In this document: piece after piece, positions 11,184-23,486 of the stretch
Numbering within the stretch: the first letter of the stretch is position 1
How the letters are laid out: every line of letters begins with the position of its first letter
Origin: Rhizodiscina lignyota
Lineage: Eukaryota
Reading direction: 5' to 3'
Assembly (NCBI GenBank): GCA_010015805.1
Contig: ML978122.1
Location: 1,336,453 to 1,400,452, forward strand
DNA length: 64,000 nt
Made by a program: the position numbers and the translations under genes
The notes under the pieces: generated by a model
What the model was told of the DNA's origin: nothing
What the model saw: the letters and a program-made list of their open reading frames with translations, nothing else
Database searches by the model: none

Positions 11184-12091
11184 GTGTACCGGGTACACTG
11201 GATACCCTTTGTGTTTTTTTATAGACAAGTTTAGAGATACCCGGTGCGCCATAGGCGCAAATGATGATTTTACTCCTGTTAGACCTCACTAGCTATGATC
11301 TTACCGCCCTTCGTAATGCAAACATGTGCTTCCCTCAATTTCCACAAGTCAGAGCAACGAACACAAGTAGATTCTGCTTGTATTCAAGGGCAACCTCTAC
11401 AGGAGGGTGAGGCTGTTCTATCAGGTGGCGAAGATACAGACTTCTTGATCTCTTATCCCTCGTCAGTGGAGCAGAAATTCTTGGTGTTTTCGTATTCCGG
11501 GTGGATAGGTGCAGAAACTTGGGTAGGAATGTACCGAAATTGAGGTAGTGGTGCACCTAAATTTAGTTAGCATTGTACTGAGGCTTAGGTGCGATTCACC
11601 GTAGTATATCCCGTACCCTAGGCAGGTAAGTACTGGTAGTGTGCTAGCAAGTGGGTGGCAAACTCGTTGAGTCGTGGCTGCAATATATCGAACCGTGATG
11701 ATGTGTATCCTCGTTAATTATTATAAGTCATAGATACCAAAGCCACGTATTTTTGATAACTACGCTCCAGTATATATTAAATTAAGCTTTCAGAGATCCT
11801 CTCACTCGTGCTGAAGAACAAGACTTGTACTTACATACTGTAGCTGTTTGGTTAATGGAACGCAGCTATTTTGTCACCCGCGTCGTGGCTGGTTCGTTTT
11901 CCATCTGTAAGGTTAGATCTACCTAAAACATCCCGATGGCCTTGAATAGAGTCTGTCTGGATTAAATCCGGAGCCGTTTATGTACCCTGAACTCTCTCCC
12001 AGCAGCAGGAATTACAAACATGCTGTTCTTCTCACATATAAAACGATCTCTTCCCTACCAGCATCCTGAATTCTCTCCTAATCGCTCAATC

Positions 12092-12478
12092 TTCATCTGA
12101 GTCATAACCTTGTTCAATTTGGCCGATAAGGGGCTTCGACGTCTAGAGCGTCCTGCATCTTACTGGCGGTGCACGTGAGGAACGAGACATGCGTCCTTCG
12201 GGTTGTGGTACTTGAGAAGACGGGAGACGAGGAGGAGGGCAAGGCGGCCATTGACGACCCTGATGCATGAGCCTGTTGCTTGACTGAGATACACTGTGTT
12301 TCTTCTGTATGGTAAACTTAGGACATAGCGTAGATACCCGGGACTGAACTAATGACATTATTTGCTCTCAATTTCCATAAGTCAAGGCAACGAATACAAG
12401 TTGACTCCTGGTAGATCCAAGCGTAACGTTCACAAACAGGCGAGGCTATTCAATTGGAATACAGGATTTACTTATCCC
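12092..12478 (+). pseudogene. Decayed partial duplicate of the 3' end and 3' flank of the 9876-11183 gene
   Basis: 12092-12270 aligns by eye to 11001-11183 (FI*VITLFN..DK..DV*..VHVRNE..DDPDA* versus FLRIVTLFNFRDKGHDVW..VHVRNE..EDPDA*) with stops and a frameshift. 12367-12450 matches 11335-11418 (ctcaatttccaYaagtca...caacgaaYacaagt). Confidence 0.85.
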
Positions 12479-12483
12479 AGGCT

Positions 12484-13302
12484 TCAAAGATGATCCACAA
12501 ACCGGCACCAGCGCTCAGCTACCTTGCTCACCCGAACCGTCCTTCCGACCCAGCCCTTCTCCCCTGCACCAAAGCTCTTCGTGGCTACATTCAAGATGGC
12601 AACCTGCTGATCCCATACCGACTTCGATGCAATGTCAGGCTCAGTGCGTGTGCTTTGGTCAGTTTGAATAGCGGCATCGCCTTCGGCATGCGTCGGGATC
12701 CACTCCATGTCCTGGGCATTTCGCTCATCACTATGCTCTTGGGTCGGGTTGGCTCCATATCCAGGCTCTTCAAATAAGATTAACTCCTGAGCAGCTCTCT
12801 TTGCCGCCTCGACAGCGGAAGCGATTGTGCGACTAAGTCCTTGTGCTGACCAAGAGGATGTGTCCTGGTGGACGGCCAACGGGTTCAGAATAGCTAGTAA
12901 CGGCACTCTTGCCCCAGTCATCACACTCGGTTGAGTTGGTTTACTCGCGGGTTGTTGCAGTCCATGGGAACTCAAATACGCTCGAAGCATTGGCAGAGTC
13001 GTACAAAATGCGACTTTCAGCGTGCGTGTCATGGCGAGACGGTACAAGGTTGGTGATATCAGATCCTTCGCATCTTTACCCGAGACCTGAGCTCCTTGGT
13101 CCCCTAAAACCTGCTCGCCAGCGACACTTTCGGTCGACCGTTGGTGATCAGACTTTGGCTCGCTTTCCAGAGCGCGAAGCAAGTGTTGGCAGAACGATTC
13201 ACGTGAGGTGCAAACGATGAATGTCGATGATGTCGAATGGTTATCGACCAAATGTTCAACGAATTGAGGAAGACTCATGCCTTCTAGCACGACTGGATCC
13301 AT
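12484..13302 (-). CDS. Hypothetical protein, 272 aa (possible remote RecA-fold/Shu-complex-like protein)
   Basis: ORF from ATG 13302 (MDPVVLEGMSLPQF...) with ordered alpha/beta-like segments (STFIVCTSRESF, LKVAFCTTLPMLRAYLS, LLAILNPLAVH, SAQGLSRTIASAVEAA) and a C-terminal GWVGRTVRVSKVAERW. Divergent from APL6. Confidence 0.8.
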   Translation of the reverse strand: MDPVVLEGMSLPQFVEHLVDNHSTSSTFIVCTSRESFCQHLLRALESEPKSDHQRSTESVAGEQVLGDQGAQVSGKDAKDLISPTLYRLAMTRTLKVAFCTTLPMLRAYLSSHGLQQPASKPTQPSVMTGARVPLLAILNPLAVHQDTSSWSAQGLSRTIASAVEAAKRAAQELILFEEPGYGANPTQEHSDERNAQDMEWIPTHAEGDAAIQTDQSTRTEPDIASKSVWDQQVAILNVATKSFGAGEKGWVGRTVRVSKVAERWCRFVDHL

Positions 13303-13787
13303 GGTGTGGGGTTCGTGAATGTGTCTGGCGTTCAAGGAGACGCGAAACGGAGTAGGTTTTCTGGAGTGAAGTGGAGGAGTGACGAAGAAAGAACGCGTCT
13401 GAAGACATCACCATTTCCTTCAAGCCTCCTCAGGAATTGGAATAGAACATATGAAGAAGAGTTCTCATAATCAGCACCATCGCGAGAGAAGTAGTGCAGT
13501 CAGACCCTATGCCTGAGGGTTTAATGCGGTAGGAGGGCAGATATTAAACGTCTGATCAATTCAATGATGAGTTCTTGATTTCCCGAAGCTCTTGAGTATA
13601 AAAGAGGTCGTTCTCTAGATTTCGTGTAACATGTAGAAGGGATGATTCTGATGAAGTCAGCAGCCAACCACATCCCACTTCGCTCTCTCCAATTCCAACT
13701 CCCAACGTCCACCACCAAAAAATGCCATCGTGACCTTCAACATCTCCTCATTGGAGCCGGCACTAGCCCTCCAGAGGTCCTCAAATC

Positions 13788-16457
13788 ATGGAGCCGATAT
13801 CGAGGATATCGAACATCCTCGATGCGGGTATGCTCTTGTCTCCAAATACGTTGAGGGACTCCGCTAATGTCTACGGTCGTACAGCCAGAGAGCTCACAAT
13901 CGAGGCCGGGGCGCTCTCTTCGGCCCGCAAGAGCTCGACACGAGTACTACCAGCAGCTCAGATCAAAAAGCTGCTCGATAGCAAACATGAGCGCGATGTG
14001 CTCGAAGGCCTCCGTCGCGTTATTGCGGTAGAGCACCCCGTCCCGAGCAGCATGCGCCATTGTAAAATCGTGCCATGACGACGTCTCCGAATTACTGCAT
14101 CACTTCCATGAACAAAGCACTAATACCAATACTACCAGATGGATTACCGCAATCTCCCCACCCTGACCTACTTCACCCCGATAATTAAGAATATCGCCTC
14201 CCCATCGCTCGAAGTCAAGAAGCTCGTGTACACCTACCTCCTCGCGCACGCCGAAGCAGAACCACAGAATGCCCTCATGAGCATCAATACTATCGTCCGC
14301 TCTCTCTCCGACCCCAATCCTCAGCTGCGCGCTCTGGCCCTCCGCGTCATGTCCGGCATCCGAGTGCCTGAAGTCTCGCAGATTGTCAGTCTGTACATCA
14401 AGAGGAGCGTGGGAGACATGAGCCCATTTGTGCGACGAGCGGCTGCGCTGGCGATACCAAAGTGCTATAGGTTGGATCCGGCTCAGCTGCCGGAACTGTT
14501 GGGATACCTAGAGACGCTGCTTGGGGACAGGCAGTACTACGTCACGGCTGCTGCGGTGATAGCATTCAACGAAATTTGCCCGGAGAGGATAGACCTGATA
14601 CACAAACACTACCGAAGTCTGATACGCAAGCTCGTGGACATGGACGAGTGGGGCCAGCTGGCGACGCTGAAGCTAATGACAGTGTATGCACGGAAATGCT
14701 TCCCAAGACGGACGCGCAAGGTGAAGAAGAAGCGGAGGGATGAGTCTGATATTACTAAAGCTTCGACTACGGATCCTATCAAGGGTTTCTACGATGACGA
14801 ACCTGCCTCAGAAGCAGACTCGGGACTGGTCGAAGAGGAAGAAATCATTCTCGATCCTGACCTTGCGCTGTTACTGCGCGCTCTTCACCCCCTTCTCAAT
14901 TCCCGTAACTCCCCTGTCATCCTCGCCGTCGCGCGAACCTACGTATATCTTGCGCCTCCGCCCCCGCAGTCTGCCTACATATCCTCTTCGATACCTCCCC
15001 TGGTCGCACTACTTCGTGGACCAGTTTCGGAGCGCGCGATCGCACTCACGAACATGGTCCAGATATGTCTTGCACATCCGGAGCCGTTCCTGCCTTACTA
15101 TACTCACTTCCTCATCTCTCACAATGACGAACCAGACGCGAGAGGGTTGAAACTCGAGATACTGACGCTATTATTCCCACATGCTTCAGCGGCGCAGCGG
15201 AGTCTTATTCTTGCAGAACTGGCGCATTTCAGCCAGTCCACTGACCCCGGGCTTGTACGAGATGCAGTCCGAGCGCTTGGCCGTTGCGCGCAAGCAAGTT
15301 CCGACTCCGATGGTAGCGGAGCGACGAGTGCTAAATGTCTTCGTCTGCTCCTAGCACAGCTGAACAGCCCACATGCTGCGCTTGTTGCGGAGAGCTTAGA
15401 GGTAATCCGACATCTCATACAGCGTGACCCGCAAGCGCATCGCGGGACGGTAATCCAGCTTGCAAAGAATCTTGACACGCTCACTGCGTCACAAGCCCGC
15501 GCGAGCATCGTGTGGCTTGTGGGCGAGTTTGCGACGCTCGACGCCGAGAATAATGTCGCTGCCGACGTTCTCAGAATCCTTGTCAAGGGATTTGCTGACG
15601 AGGATGAAGGCGTCAAGATGCAGATAGTTCTGCTTGGCGCGAAAGTATATCTGCATTGGCTGAATTCGCAGCCGAAAGAGCAGACAGATAGCATGAAAGA
15701 GGTTGGGAATGGAGGAAGCGATACGATGGTCTCATCGACGCCGATACCCCAGCTGGAGGAAGACGGTGGTTGGGGCTCGATGGAAAATGATCAAACATCA
15801 CAGAATGAGTCGAAGGAAGCATCGGCTGCCACCAGTTCAGACCCGATCCCGACTCTCTGGATGTACATTCTTCTGTTGACACGCTATGATACTTCGTATG
15901 ACCTGCGCGACCGCGCCAGACTGTACAAATCGTTACTCTCACATCCCTCATCGACTTCTCTAGCCTCGCTTCTGCTCCTTGCGCCTAAGCCGGTGCCACA
16001 CGTTCCCAGTCCAGGCGAGAACAAAGCTGGCTATGCACTTGGCAGCGCAAGCCTGGCACTTGGAACTGAAGCAGGGCTTGGAAGTCAGGGTGTGAGAGGG
16101 TACGAGTCGGTACCTGCATGGATCAAGGAGGGAGAGCAGCCAGATGCCAGGCTAAGAGATGATGAAAGTAGTGGTGGGACACAAAATAGGAGTGCTCTAC
16201 CCGCCGGTGATAGATTAGACAATGCGACAAGACAAGACATAGGAGTGTCAAGTGGCATTGCTGGCAAGGCTAATGGAGTCAAAGAGAAGACCTTGGATGA
16301 TTGGCTTGCAGAGGATGAGGATGATGCGGAGGATGATACAGAAGAGGGAGAAACTGAGGAGGAGACGGAGGAGGAATCTGAGGAAGAGACCAGTGAGGAG
16401 TCCGAAGAAGACGACAGCGATATTGAGGCGAAGGAGAGCCAGCGACTCGTGCCATAG
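13788..16457 (+). CDS. APL6: AP-3 adaptor complex beta subunit (3 exons)
   Basis: Exons 13788-13827, 13885-14027, 14139-16457 with GT-AG introns. Adaptin N-terminal motifs (QIKKLLDS, KNIASPSLEVKKLVY, LRALALRVMSGIRV, DMDEWGQL, RYDTSYDLRDRAR) and an acidic tail. Confidence 0.93.
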
Positions 16458-17163
16458 CATGTTCAAATAAATCTTCAACTGTGCAAACAACTCACCTTCC
16501 CTTACCTTCGCTCGCCATGTTCCAGTCTTCCTCCCCGTCGGCCATATGCCTGCCCCCACGCTGAAACCACCGTGTTCCACGACAACTCAAATCGACCCCT
16601 GTCCCGACGGGAATATTAGTTATTCATGCTGCGGTAGCTCTGTAGCTGAACTTGCAATGAGATTGACGTCGCGAGAGTGTTGAGTGCGAAATTTTTTGAG
16701 TCATGAAAGGCAGTCGACAAGTAGTATGGGATGGAGGATGCTGACGGTGGGAGTATTGTCAAAGGAAGAGTCACTAGCGTTGACGGGAGGAGATTTGATT
16801 AATCCTCGACAGTCAGAGACAGAACATGACAACAAAGAAGTTTACATAACGAACTGTTCTGAATGCAATTAAAAGAGATTATGAAAGTCTGAGGCCGTCC
16901 ACCGAGAATTTTGATGACAGAATCGCAACCAGGAACCAGGACCGAGTCTAGGTCTGACGTAGCTATCGCCACATGAAACCTGACCTGACTATATGAAACA
17001 TCCGGCACCCATCTCGATCGAATGAGAACAAAGCAAGCTCTCGTGCAGCTGGAACGCCGTCAACGGAGCAAAACCCACAGATACGCAAATTATGATACAA
17101 GCAACTGCCAGTTCTTTTGTGCTCATATGAGCTTCCGTTAGTAGGCTGGACAGAGGCGACTCA

Positions 17164-19471
17164 CTAGCGACGGCTACTGAAGGTTAGTAAGGCAAAAGAT
17201 GCTGTGGAATGGATAGACATCGTTGCTTACCTGTATGCACCTTCAGCACGTCCTTGAATACTCCTCCTTCCTTTCTTCGAAGATCTGTCATCTGCCTGGC
17301 GCACTGGCTCAGACCCATCATCTTGATCGTCGAAGCGATCATAGCTTCTCTTGCGCGATGTACTACTATCAGAGCGAGCTAGCGGTGGCTGCGTATCAGC
17401 ACTGGCAGGAATCGAGCCAGCAAGGCCAGCGCCAGAACCATTGGTCTGCTGAGCACCCTCAGTCGTGTCTTGTCCAAAGTCGGAACCAGTGACCGTATGG
17501 TTGCTCTTGTCAGATCGGGCAGGGCTATGGCGGCCATTCGTCGGCATATGCTGATCAACCCTCCAAGGATCATACGACGGAGAGCGTGCACGCTCAGGCT
17601 CAGGATATGGCTCGTGCACCGGTGGCGGCGGTGGAGGATGATGATAGCTAGGGTGGGTGTCTTTCTGAGGAGAGCGGTACTGATGTTGTTCATGGGATTG
17701 CTCGGCTTTGTCAGGTTCAACGTGCTTTGGGCTTTCAGCTTCTTCTTCGTTGGGAGGTGCGTATGCCGGGCCCGGGGTTGGATAGACAGGTTTTGGTATA
17801 CCAGTAACCCCTAGCTTCGCAAGAATATCTTCCTGAGAATCATCTACGGGAAAGACTTTCATAGGGCCGGGCCTTGCACTGGATTCTGAATCGTCTTTCG
17901 ACTCAGCAGTTGGAGATGGGCCATTGGATGCGGTTGCCAGCGCTTGCTCGAGGTTGTCCATGACGTTATACTCTTGATCTCCGTCTCCCACCTCGCCATC
18001 TTCCTTCACATCCTGCATCGCGTCTTCATCTTCCTCAAAGTCTGGGCGATTGCGGACCTTGATCACCTCTTCCATGGCCACAAGCTCATACTCGTCGGGG
18101 AACTCAACGAAGACGGGATCGTCCTTAATGATCTTCCAGTGCTCTGTTTCGCGGATGTTGAGGTAGGCTGCATGCGCGTTGACAGCGGTGAAATACTTCG
18201 AGACTGATTCCGCGTTGCCAAAAGCCTTTGGTTGCGGTTTCGCGAAGTATGCCGCCGCTTCCTCGGAACCGGATGCAAGAGCGCGGGTCACTTGGGTGGC
18301 AGGGTGCCAGATAATAATCCCAATGCTCAGAGCAGGATCGATCGTGTCGGTGGTCTTCGGCCACAACGCGCCATCGCCATCAAATTCCCATTCTTCAGCA
18401 CCGAGGTTGAGAGGGTCATTAGTATTAGCAGCACCAGGCTTGGTTTGTTCGGGGTCCGAGCTCATGCTCATAGCGCTTGAAGGACGGTGTGTGCTCTGGC
18501 TCGCAGGCGGTGGCTGCATCGAGTGAGTCGGTGTTGCGCTGTTGCGTCCGGACCGATTGAAAGAATCACGCCTTGGAGGAGTGTGAAACTGCTGTCCCCC
18601 ATACTGTGAATGGTCGCTAGCGGGGTAGCTTGGTTGCTGCTGAGGCGAACCTTGCCATTGAGGTGGTGGCTGTTGATATGCATCAGGCGGAGCTTGTGAC
18701 TGCTGGTAGTTATGAGGCGGCGCCGGTTGCTGATAACCTTGCTGTTGATAGCCTTGAGGCGATTGTTGTTGGTAGCCCTGCTGCGGCGCGTAAGGTTGCT
18801 GTGGCGGGTACGCTTGGGGACCTTGCTGGGTTGGGTAGTTTTGCTGGTAGCCTTGAGGATGCTGATAGTTTGGCGGCTGCTGGTAACTCTGTTGCGGCTG
18901 GTAGGCTGCTTGCGGACCTTGACCTTGCCAGCTTTGGGGGTGTTGATAAGTTGGAGGGGCACTCTGCGGTGGGTAAGCCTGGGGTTGTTGATAGCCTTGC
19001 TGATAGCCTGGAGTCTGATGTTGGAAAGGCTGGCCAGGCGGAGGAGGTCGATAGCCAGGTGGCGGAGGGTATCTCGTGATCACGGGATTTCCCTTCTGAC
19101 GCTTCGCAGGTGGGTACCTACGGCTCTACGTCAGAAGATCTAACAGCTTGTAAAATGTGTTGTAACTTGCGCAATATACAGGTGTTTGAGGGTTGCAAAA
19201 ATGACACTAGGCAGCAACGAAAACGAACCAGGGAAACTTACGAGTTGTGGCGAGGAGGTGGTTGATGAGGCGGTCCAGCTTGCTGGTAGCCGCCCTGGAA
19301 CGGAGCTTGCTGTCCATACTGAGACTGTTGAGCGTATGGTTGCTGCTGTTGCGGATATTGCGGGCCTTGTTGTTGTTGGTGTTGTTGGTACGGAGGTTGA
19401 TACTGAGGCGGACCTCCATACTGTGGCTGGCCTTGGTACTGGCCGCCTTGGTTCATCTGCGCATTGTACAT
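17164..19471 (-). CDS. Gln/Pro/Tyr-rich low-complexity hypothetical protein (3 exons)
   Basis: Exons 19471-19242, 19117-17231, 17173-17164 join in frame (HNS|YPPAKRQKGNPVITRYPPPPGY; ends GAYSRR*). GTAAGT/GTAAGC donors and CTGAC/CTAAC branch sites. Central ordered segment SIGIIIWHPA...SVSKYF...W..IKDDPVF. Confidence 0.82.
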
Positions 19472-20231
19472 CTTGCAATGTTGCGCGATGACTGCTGTAG
19501 ATATACGACGTTGAGAGGTTGATGAAGTTCTGAGGTTGCACGGATGTTGTGAGAAAATTTGTGGTAGAGCTTATTTGCAACACTACCCCAAGTGAAACGT
19601 TGACGAGCTGCCCGCATCACATGATTGACATGACAGCAGGCACTACGTCAGTACACACAACCAAGGGAACCTGATGGATTCTGATGATGGATACGTCTGA
19701 GGAAGTGATTGCTTTTGAAGAGACTCAGTAGTGTTCGAATGGTGCAAACGACCGACGAGCAGTGTGAACGAGCGAACTTCTGAGCTGGCAAGTGCCGCCC
19801 AGGAAGGAGCAACTCAGTGAATGCTTTGAGGACTCGGATGTGAAGGTGAGGAAGATGAGAGACGAATGATGAAGCTTCGGTATGAATTGAGGTGATCCTG
19901 AAGCCGCATGTGCAGCAACATGACAGGCATAAAACTCCTTTCGAGGTGGTTGGGTTCACGCGGGCCCGCGAGGTCACAGGCGCCAAGGCCAGTCACGTGA
20001 TATGGTTTTGCGGCGTTCAGAACGCGGATTTCTCGATTTGTGAGCAGCACCACCGAGACCGTTAAACGCACCACAGTCGCCAGGAAGACACTACATGGCT
20101 TGATCAAGCGCCGTAGACCTTCTCAACAATGTTCGCGCCATACAGCACTCTGTTAGCACTCACTTCAAGCTTCAACTGCAGCGAGCTCACACGGAGCTAC
20201 GCGTAACCCACCTCACGCGAGCGGCAGAGAC

Positions 20232-21416
20232 ATGCCTGGACTTCCAGGTAATGCTCCAGAACTCTGTCTTCAACGTGAGAACCTAACTACACATTGTTAC
20301 AGCTAGTGTCGACCTCGATGAGTGCATTGACAGACTCAAAAATCGGGAGTTGCTCGCCGAGTCAGTGGTGGAGGCAATATGTGCCAAAACTAAGGAGTTG
20401 CTCATGAAAGAGAGCAATGTCGTACACATACTCGCTCCAGTCACCGTGGTGGGCGACATACACGGGCAGTTCTTTGATATGATGGAAATCTTCGAGATTG
20501 GAGGAAACGTGCCCGACACGAATTACCTCTTCTTAGGCAAGTCCACCCATTTCTCCCAAGCTTCGAGGATGTGAACCGGCATTGCATCGGGCATTGCTGT
20601 TGTTGTGCTGTTTCGAACAGTTCCTCGAACGCCTCCGGCCTATATCAACATGCCACTATTTGCGCGCTGACCCTTCTGCTTTTCTAAACTACTTACGAAC
20701 TACTAGGCGATTACGTCGACCGCGGCCTTTTCTCTGTCGAAACAATCTCACTGCTGGTTTGCCTGAAGCTTCGCTATCCATCTCGCATCCACCTCATCCG
20801 TGGAAACCACGAGTCACGAGGCGTCACGCAATCATATGGCTTCTACACTGAATGCTCTCGCAAATACGGCAACGCAAACGTGTGGCACTACTTTACAGAC
20901 ATGTTCGACTTCCTCACCCTATCCGTCGTCATCAACGATCAAATTTTCTGTGTTCACGGCGGATTAAGCCCGAGCATTCACTCGATCGACCAGATAAAAA
21001 TCATCGATCGCTTCAGAGAGATTCCACACGAAGGGCCCATGGCAGATTTGGTCTGGAGCGATCCAGATGCCGAAAGGGATGAGTTCAGTCTCAGTCCCCG
21101 TGGTGCAGGATATACATTCGGCGCACAAGTCGTGAAGAAGTTCTTGGAAGTTAATGCAATGTCGCACATCCTGCGCGCGCATCAGCTATGCCAAGAGGGG
21201 TACCAAGTATTGTATGATGACCGCCTATCCACGGTGTGGAGTGCGCCGAACTACTGCTACCGATGTGGAAACATGGCGAGTGTGCTGGAGGTCAGCGATA
21301 CAGGCGAAAGATTCTTCAATGTATTCGACGCGAGTCCGGCCAACGAGACGTACAGGAAAGCACAGGAGGAAAATCAGGCCGCAGGGAAAGAAGTAGTGAC
21401 CGAGTATTTCCTGTGA
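20232..21416 (+). CDS. PPG1: PP2A-like Ser/Thr protein phosphatase Ppg1 (3 exons, second intron GC-AG)
   Basis: Exons 20232-20247, 20303-20536, 20707-21416. PPP motifs GDIHG, GDYVDRG, RGNHE, HGGLSP, RAHQL, WSAPNYCYRCGN and C-terminal YFL. The KELLMKESNVVHI and IDRFREIPHEGPMADLVWSDP segments point to the Ppg1 clade. Confidence 0.9.
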
Positions 21417-21922
21417 AATACGATGTTTATGGTCATAAGAGCACCAGGATATCGCTGCGGTTGGACCGCAGGTGTCGTTCATAGAGCGACCTTTTCTGCA
21501 TTGTGCATAGCTGGGCGTTAGAAATGTTCCTCGTTCGATCGAATACCCTATCTGTTGTTGAAGGTCTAGAAATACACTAGTTCAATTCAAACGTGCCTTC
21601 GGTCGATTCCATGCGCTCAAAACCCAGAGCGGTTTCAGCAGAGCCTGACGGAGATATTTTCCCTGCCCACGTACAGCAAATGATACACATGATTTTGCAA
21701 ATGGTCAGTTCATAGTACGCCGTGCAATCCGTTTTACCGGGTATAAGACCCCTAAGTGTGACAAACTGAGCGCGTAACTGTTTCGTCTCTGAAACCTCGC
21801 GCCAAGCACATCAGGGGCGAGGCTGGACAGACTATTTGCAACGTATGGGAAACCAGACTTGAAAAGACAACATTCTCTCTTCTCAAATCCATATTCTGTT
21901 TTACTATACACACCACCACAAA

Positions 21923-23410
21923 ATGGACGCCATAAATACAATTCTAGACATACTACAAAATCCAAAGCACGCGCGATGGATCGCGCCTCTCCTCATAGTC
22001 GCGGACGTCTTCCTCTGCGGCCTGATCATATGGAAGATCCCATGTATGCGCCACCGCCAAATAAATACTGCAGCTTTACTAACTTCGTTGCAGATACTGA
22101 GATCGACTGGGTCGCTTACATGCAACAAGTTGCTCAATACATTTCTGGCGAGCGCGACTATGCAAAAATCGAAGGCGACACAGGGCCGCTCGTCTATCCT
22201 GGAGCTCACGTGTTTATCTACCGTATTCTGTACGCTGTCACCGACAAGGGACGAGATATTCGTACCGCGCAGGTCATCTTTGGTGGACTGTATCTTGTGA
22301 CATTGGGCGTTGTCATGGCATGTTACAGGCTTGCCAAAGTACGTCTGAACCCCCCTTACTCACTCTTGTTTTGTCAGACAGCGTTGAGCATAAGACGTAT
22401 TTAAGTCATAGACTGACTAGGAGCAGGCACCCCCATATATTTTTCCTCTTCTCATTCTATCAAAGAGATTGCATAGCATCTTCCTTCTCAGATGCTTTAA
22501 TGACTGCTGGGCTGTCTTCTTCCTCTGGCTTGCCATTTACCTGTATCAGAAACGTCTCTGGACAGTGGGAAGCTTTGCATACACTACAGCACTAGGGATT
22601 AAGATGAGCGTATTGCTCATCCTTCCCGCTATTGGCATCACACTAGTGCAGGCCATTGGACGGGAGAGAGCCGTAACGCAGGCGCTATTAATTGGACAGA
22701 TGCAGGTAAGAGATCGTGTTCAATCTGAAACAAATGGCCCAATCTCTAACTTCTAGTAGACTCTATTTGGCTACCCTTTCCTGACCAAAAGCACAGCGAA
22801 TTACTTTGGCCGTGCGTTTCAGCTTTCCCGCGCCTTTCTCTACAAATGGACCGTAAACTGGCGCTTCATCTCCGAGGAGACGTTCTTATCTCCTCTCTTT
22901 TCTCGCTCATTGCTCTCGGCGCACCTTGGACTCCTCGTGCTCTTTGCCTGGACCCGGTGGCTCGCACCCACACGCTCGAGCTTCGTCCGTGCTCGTCGAG
23001 GATTGAAAGACGTTGTAAGCTTCTATCTCACACGAGACGATCTGCACGAGAACGAGTTGGATCAGATATCCAGAAGCATCAATCCGACATTCGTGATTAC
23101 CACGCTCCTGTCTGCGAACGCGATCGGCATGCTCTGTGCGCGGAGTCTGCACTATCAGTTCTACAGCTGGCTCTGCTGGAGCACTCCGTTCCTGCTATGG
23201 CGCTCTGGTGTCGGACCAATTGGTGTGTATGCGGTCTGGGCGGCGCAGGAATGGGCATGGAATGTGTATCCAAGCACGGATGCGAGCTCAATGGTGACCG
23301 TAGGATGTTTGGCCCTCCAGGTCGCTGGCGTGTGGTGGGGGACGAGGGATGCTGATGTTGCGAAACCAAAGGAAGGTGTGAAAGCAAATGGGCATGGCCA
23401 TGCCGAATAG
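21923..23410 (+). CDS. ALG3: Dol-P-Man:Man5GlcNAc2-PP-Dol alpha-1,3-mannosyltransferase (4 exons)
   Basis: Exons 21923-22043, 22094-22338, 22427-22705, 22760-23410. Motifs [64 protein letters not shown]. Confidence 0.95.
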
Positions 23411-23486
23411 GCGATGGTACATCGCAGCTGTATGATATCCCTCATCCGGTGGCACAAATGGCGTTATTCTTGGAGCGTATAGGACT

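Noticed and set aside
10617..11252. 211-aa - strand ORF and similar antisense ORFs over SYF1, APL6 and ARC1
   Set aside because: Expected antisense open frames caused by codon bias in real genes.
11184..11259. Two small inverted repeats (GTGTACC-G-GGTACAC; TGCGCC-ATA-GGCGCA) just after a TGA stop
   Set aside because: Too short to distinguish from chance; no SECIS or read-through hallmarks.
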